From the NCBI GenBank assembly GCA_008632985.1, contig QPGO01000022.1, forward strand, positions 620,001 to 684,000: DNA of 64,000 nt. The letters run 5' to 3'. Origin of the DNA: Psammoneis japonica (taxonomy: Eukaryota). Of this stretch, positions 58,892 through 64,000 are shown piece by piece (position 1 is the stretch's first letter; every line of letters begins with the position of its first letter). The notes beneath the pieces were generated by a model. The model searched no databases and was not told where the DNA came from. It was given only the letters and a program-made list of their open reading frames with translations. Position numbers and translations under genes: made by a program.

Positions 58892-60496
58892 ATGGGCGAC
58901 TGCCGAATCCGTATCCTGGTTGCAAGGGAGTTGCTCGATTCTTCACAAGAGGATAAGGGCACCTCTTCTGAAGCGTCGTTTTCGGTTGTAGTTCGTATTT
59001 TCTCTGCAGATGCGACGGTGCGAGATGTTGTTGAGGATGTGTTGCTTCCAATGCCATGGTGCAATCTTGACTGTGACTGCAAACTGCCCTTTCCTATACA
59101 TGCTTGCTTATGGGACTGTACAATACATCCTCCTAAAGACATAACTGACTGGGCACTTAACATTTTTTCGGAGAAAAAGGGTCCCAAGAGTAAGACTTTG
59201 TACGATGCTGGGTGGTTTCCGTCGGGTGCTCTGCAGATAATTCCAATTGAAAAAGCGCCAAAGGCTGCGACGGCTGACATGTACACCGATACCCAATACA
59301 ATCGACCAACATCTAGCATGCTATCTCAGACTGCCTCGCAAATTGGTCTTATAGATGCGAGAACGGGAGAAACGCAACACGCGGAAGAACTTAGACCGTC
59401 CCAAGTTATCCATGCTGGTACGACGAGATTTCCGATGGTGGGAGAAGAAGAATCGTTGAGTCAAGCAATGGAGAAAAGAAGGCAAAACAGACTTGCGCTA
59501 CGACATCAAGAAATTGACCGTCATCGGAAACTTGAACAACGCATTCGCGCATTGGACGAACGGGAAAGCAAGAAAAACACGACGGTTTTGGTCAAAAGAA
59601 TGTTGATTAAAAGCCGTTGCACCGGAAGCAAGCACTTAGATATCGACGATCGTGTTTATTTGCACTGTATCATCATAGCGGGAGATGATAACGACAAATC
59701 AGAATACCGATATTTCTCGCGTCAGGATACAGTGGGAAGAGTGACGTCCTCGTTGAAAGGCACAAGCGACATGGATGCCGAGCTCTTGATCCGGACTGGC
59801 GATTCGGAGTACCGCCGCTTACCGGCAACCATGCGTCTTTACGAAGCTATGTCGCATGGGTATATACAAGTGGTTGACTCAGTTGTGTTTCGGTGTTTCT
59901 GGCCAGAATTGGAAGAACCCACAATTGATCTGGTAGATGGTACCGAGAAGGGGGCAGATGACAAAAGTTATGCTGAGAATGCGTGCCATGATGAGACAAG
60001 GACGGATAGTGGCGACATGATTGAGCTAGAGGAGATCAGTATGACGAGAAAGAACCTGCATTTTGAACGATTGCAAAAAGCGCTTGAGGATATGGATGCC
60101 GCCGAGGAAGCTGCCAAATGTAAGAAAAAGAAGAACGCCAAAACATCGGCCACGGTGAGACGAATGTTGATAAAAGGTCGAGCTGTAGGGGACACCAAAC
60201 GGATTCCCAAAATTGAAGATCGATTCTTTTTGGAGCTAGCGACACTAAAGGAGAAGTCAGACAATGTGGAAGCGTCGCTTGCCTTCGTATTTCTGGCCAA
60301 GACCGACACTGTGGGGCGGCTTGCACGAGATTGCGTTCAGGAATCCTCGTCTGACTATGCTAGTTCCATTCTGGTTCCAATGGAAGATGGTGGATTCCGT
60401 GGCTTATCCGTTGATCTCACATGGGAAGAGGTAGAGCAGAAAGGCTTTATCAAACCTTTTGACAGGGTGGTAGTACGCCTGTCAAAGATTGATTAA
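58892..60496 (+). CDS. hypothetical protein with two ZFAND1/Cuz1-like ubiquitin-like repeats and a UBX-like N-terminal segment
   Basis: 534-aa intact ORF; repeated RMLIKSRCTG..DDRVYL..F...DTVGR and RMLIKGRAVGD..EDRFFL..F...DTVGR; KTLYDAGWFPSG. The domain call is by eye. Confidence 0.7.
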   Translation: MGDCRIRILVARELLDSSQEDKGTSSEASFSVVVRIFSADATVRDVVEDVLLPMPWCNLDCDCKLPFPIHACLWDCTIHPPKDITDWALNIFSEKKGPKSKTLYDAGWFPSGALQIIPIEKAPKAATADMYTDTQYNRPTSSMLSQTASQIGLIDARTGETQHAEELRPSQVIHAGTTRFPMVGEEESLSQAMEKRRQNRLALRHQEIDRHRKLEQRIRALDERESKKNTTVLVKRMLIKSRCTGSKHLDIDDRVYLHCIIIAGDDNDKSEYRYFSRQDTVGRVTSSLKGTSDMDAELLIRTGDSEYRRLPATMRLYEAMSHGYIQVVDSVVFRCFWPELEEPTIDLVDGTEKGADDKSYAENACHDETRTDSGDMIELEEISMTRKNLHFERLQKALEDMDAAEEAAKCKKKKNAKTSATVRRMLIKGRAVGDTKRIPKIEDRFFLELATLKEKSDNVEASLAFVFLAKTDTVGRLARDCVQESSSDYASSILVPMEDGGFRGLSVDLTWEEVEQKGFIKPFDRVVVRLSKID

Positions 60497-60727
60497 TGTT
60501 TTAAAAGCTGCTTCTCTTCTTTAGTGGTACTGTACCTTTCCCACGAAGTTGATAGGGGTTGTTCGTTTTGTACAACCCGATTCTCAATTCTGTGTTTATC
60601 AATTGCTGGGAACGATACACGATGTTAATAACTGAATCTGATTGCAGACTACACAGGCTATTAGTTTCTATTGCCGTGGCACAAAATTCTTGTCAACAAT
60701 AAAAAGAAATGGTAAACTCCAGAAACA

Positions 60728-61189
60728 TCAATCAACAATAAGCTCATCTATCGACCAATCTTCGTGACTTCCGTCAGGTAAATACCGTCGAATAATGATG
60801 GGTATCTTGCGCTCGCGCAGTTCCTTCAACGCAATCTTGAGGGGATCAGTCTCGCCATCGGGGTCGCACATTACTGGAGCATTCATGCTTATCTGCAGAG
60901 CTCTTGTCCCAAGCACCCGTGCCCGTTCGTACTTGGTTAGGTATCTTGTCGTGACACGCTCCGCTGGTGCTGTGGCAGAACTGTCACCCATGTCTTCTCC
61001 CACAGACACAACCATCGTGTCATCACGCTCGCCAGTCACATCCAAATGATCCTCCTCCTCGGGGTCCTCTGGTCGGTCTTCATTTTCTTGCTGCTGTTCC
61101 TGTTCCTCTTCGCCTCCCGTGGTGTCGAACACACCGCCTGCATTATCAAAGCCGTCGCCCTGACCGATTGGGTCCTCGTCGTCGCTCAT
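60728..61189 (-). CDS. RPB6: RNA polymerase I/II/III shared subunit RPB6 (RPABC2)
   Basis: [27 protein letters not shown]...[31 protein letters not shown]; acidic N-terminus. Confidence 0.97.
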   Translation of the reverse strand: MSDDEDPIGQGDGFDNAGGVFDTTGGEEEQEQQQENEDRPEDPEEEDHLDVTGERDDTMVVSVGEDMGDSSATAPAERVTTRYLTKYERARVLGTRALQISMNAPVMCDPDGETDPLKIALKELRERKIPIIIRRYLPDGSHEDWSIDELIVD

Positions 61190-61611
61190 GGTGGGCACTA
61201 TGCTAAGGTACTCGCTCGTCTGAAGTCTGGCAAACTTGGGCAAACTGGCAAATGGGTGCTGGGTCGTGCGAGTGCTATGCGCGCGCATGAGACGTGAGCT
61301 GAGCATGGAGCATGAGCCCCGCGACTATGGAATCGGGAATCTTAGCGGAAAAGATCCGAAGCATCGTTCCACTGCGTGCGTGGCGCGTGGAGTTCATTTT
61401 TCGATTTTTTGTTGGAAGCAACGAAGCCAGCATCCATCATCGACAACATAACACAGGGAACGTTCGAAGAGATGAGCGCCAGCACTGCTACGGCCAGCCA
61501 CAACGCCTTGTAACACCTTGTAACGTACACTCCTCCGTTATCGTTGCATTTAGCATCTTCGCAAACTGAAACCATTCTTGGCTTTGTGGCCCGTGGAGGT
61601 TTGTCGCCAAG

Positions 61612-64000
61612 ATGATTATTTTGTTCTTGGCCTTCATAAACTTGTTCTCTAAGAACAATGGAGTTTCTTGCTTCTCGAGCTCGCCACAAGCGCAACGATC
61701 TGTGATGAAGATGGAATCGTCGCTGTTGGACAAGATACCCAATCCTTTTGCGAGCCAGTCAGGCGCACCTGATATTCCATCCGCGTTCAAGTCTGACACT
61801 AGTTTCAACCCCACTGCGGATGGCCTTGTGTTGAGAGCCAAGGCCGTGCTATCGGCGGATTTTGGTGTTTTGGATGAAACCCTATTGGACGACAATTTCA
61901 TTTGGATCGGGCCTTCTCTTGGGAGCAAGGTTCTAGGGAAAGCTGATTTTCTCGCTGCAGGAAAATTCTTTGATTTGAGGTAGAGTATGATTCTAGCAGT
62001 GTTATTTATCCTTTCGTATCAGAATCACCTCAAACCTTGTTTTCGCTCACTTTTCGACTGCAGATCAACTTTTCCCGACTTAGATTACCGCCCGCACGAT
62101 TTTCGTGTGGACGAGAAGGAACCACTGACAATCAGGTTAACGACACGCACTGTAGGATCAATGAGGGGAGATCTTCGTCTGAGAAATGAAATCGTCCCCC
62201 CTAGTGGTGTTCGAATGGTTTGTCCTCCAGAAGCTGTCACGATGACTTTCACGCAAACAGGGAAATTGGTTAAACTTTGTTCTGGTTTTGCGATGGATCG
62301 GCTAGTGGGAAACACGGGAGGTCTGTGCGGTGTCATGGGTGCAGCTGCCGTAGCTGGTGTTCCGCCCTCTGATTGGGAGGTGTATCCGGTCACAACCGTG
62401 TTGCAGCGTTTTCTCGGCCGACCTGTCGAGCAACTTGAGGAACCGTCAAACTTTCTCGCACCCTTTCCGGAACAAGTCATGATACAACTTGCCAAGGGTA
62501 TCATTGCAGCAGACATGGCGGAGCTCGATCCTGATCTACTTGATCCATCCTTTTCGTTCTGTACTCCTTTTGTTGGACCAGTTGACAAAGAAAGTTACAT
62601 AAAATTATACGCAAAGGTAAGAGAGGTGTGCCGCTTTCAGCATTCAACTCTCGCTTTTTTCTCCGTATCTCAATCAGTTTTCTTGTTGAAATCGAGGAAC
62701 CTCAAGAAAGTTCTTGGCAAATCGGACCCTGAACTGACAAATTTCCGTGTTGATCCGTACGATCCATACCGAGTTTGGTTAGATGTCCTCCCCGCTAGTG
62801 GATGTCCACAAGCGATGTCTTTTGCCTTTGATGACGACGGATTTTGTACAAGAATTACCGCGTGGGCTGTTATGGATCCTTCAGTTGGTGTGTTTGTCCA
62901 AGTGATCATGGTCTGCCTGTGTTGTTGTGGCTATGCATTTCTCACAACCTTTTGTGCTCGTTTAGGCAAATCTGGCGGACTCGGTGGGGAGAACGGCGTT
63001 CAGTACGCCAGTGGTTCGGCGCCTCCTGGTATTATCGCTCGTCCGTTGCCACAAGTTTTCGGAAGATTGCAACAGAGACTTTTTTCTATCGTCACAAAAG
63101 TGGGAGTTGATGAATACCGTTTAGAGGGAACATCACAAGATGGAGCAGAAGTGCGAGACAAAAAAGTGATACCCCGTCCGCCCGCAGTTCCAAAAGAATT
63201 GATTCCTAAACGCACGCCTGAGAAAATTTTACCTACAGCCACATCGCCATTTTCACCTTTGTCGTTGCAGCCCAAAGTAGCCAGTTCCAATGCCGCCTCT
63301 GAGAAGAAGGTTCCCACGAAGAAGCCCCTGTCGCCCCTGTCATTGAACGCTCCGACGCTTGCACCAAAGAAGCCATCTCAAAAGACGCCGACCGCCGGCA
63401 CCTTTTTTGCAGGGCGAAAATCGATCTCCACCCCGACGCAGGCGAAAGGTACAAGGAGCCTACCATCGAAGCAGAAGCCAATCAAGAGACAATCTAAAAC
63501 AACGAGAGCTGCTGTACAACAACAGAACCTCAAGGAACAACAGGCTAAGAAAGAGAGACAGAGGGAAGAGCAGATGAAGGCTAGACAAGAGGCCAAAGAA
63601 CGAGCAAATACCCTCGCTGCGGAAAGGAAGAGAGCGGCCGAACTCAAGAAGCAAGAGCAGGCTCGTCGCCAAGAGGAAGCGCGCCAGCTAGCGGCAGAAA
63701 AGAAGAAAGAGGCGGCACAAGCTGCTGCTGAGCGTAGTCGTCAGCGTGCAGAACAACGGGCGGCAAAAGAAGCCGCTATGCAGGTAGCAGCTGAAGCGAA
63801 ACGTAAGGAAGTAGAAGCTAAACGAGCTGCCAGTGCCGCCAAAGCTACGAAAGCTATGGAAAGTGCGAAGCCAGGAGCAACCATTCCCCTATTTGGTTTC
63901 GGTGGAGCTACAGAAACAAAAGATGGTGTTTCTAAAATGACACGTGCAAAGGCAACGAAGGCAGAGGCTAAAGCGAAAGCTACGAAAGCAATGGAAAGTG
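61612..64000 (+). CDS. putative plastid-targeted protein with repeated SnoaL/NTF2-like domains and an Ala/Lys/Glu-rich coiled-coil tail (partial, multi-exon)
   Basis: Signal peptide + VSC-F; intron 61980-62063 gives LRSTFPDLDYRPHDFRVD; second repeat NFRVDPYDPYRVW; further introns near 62617 and ~62888-62965 are not fully resolved; runs off the window. Confidence 0.7.

Overview
Eukaryotic genomic DNA, most likely a pennate diatom, judged from short GT-AG introns, bipartite plastid-targeting peptides, diatom-type HSF and bHLH factors and CoDi-like Ty1/copia elements. The window alternates between normal gene islands and four repeat-rich blocks (~140-3125, ~4980-11290, ~13395-34520, ~44690-55255). 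The gene islands hold a Cof/HAD hydrolase, HSF, a twin-CX9C protein, OCRL/INPP5B, ESCO/Eco1, hexose-6-P epimerase, MAP2K, two bHLH paralogues, a ZFAND1-UBL-like protein, RPB6 and a plastid protein. The repeat blocks hold two copia LTR elements with intact TSDs, a DIRS/Ngaro-type recombinase remnant, a Penelope-like RT, a gag remnant, TIR elements/MITEs, a pogo-like fragment and a Ran + RanGAP pseudogene pair. The main observation is that the TpA dinucleotide is almost erased in the repeat blocks, converted to TpG or CpA on both strands (Tyr to Cys/His throughout, e.g. YVDD to HVDD/CVDD). It occurred after insertion and ahead of CpG decay. This looks like a repeat-directed A:T to G:C hypermutation system, the mirror image of fungal RIP. 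Family assignments come from motif recognition by eye, and novelty cannot be confirmed without database and literature searches.
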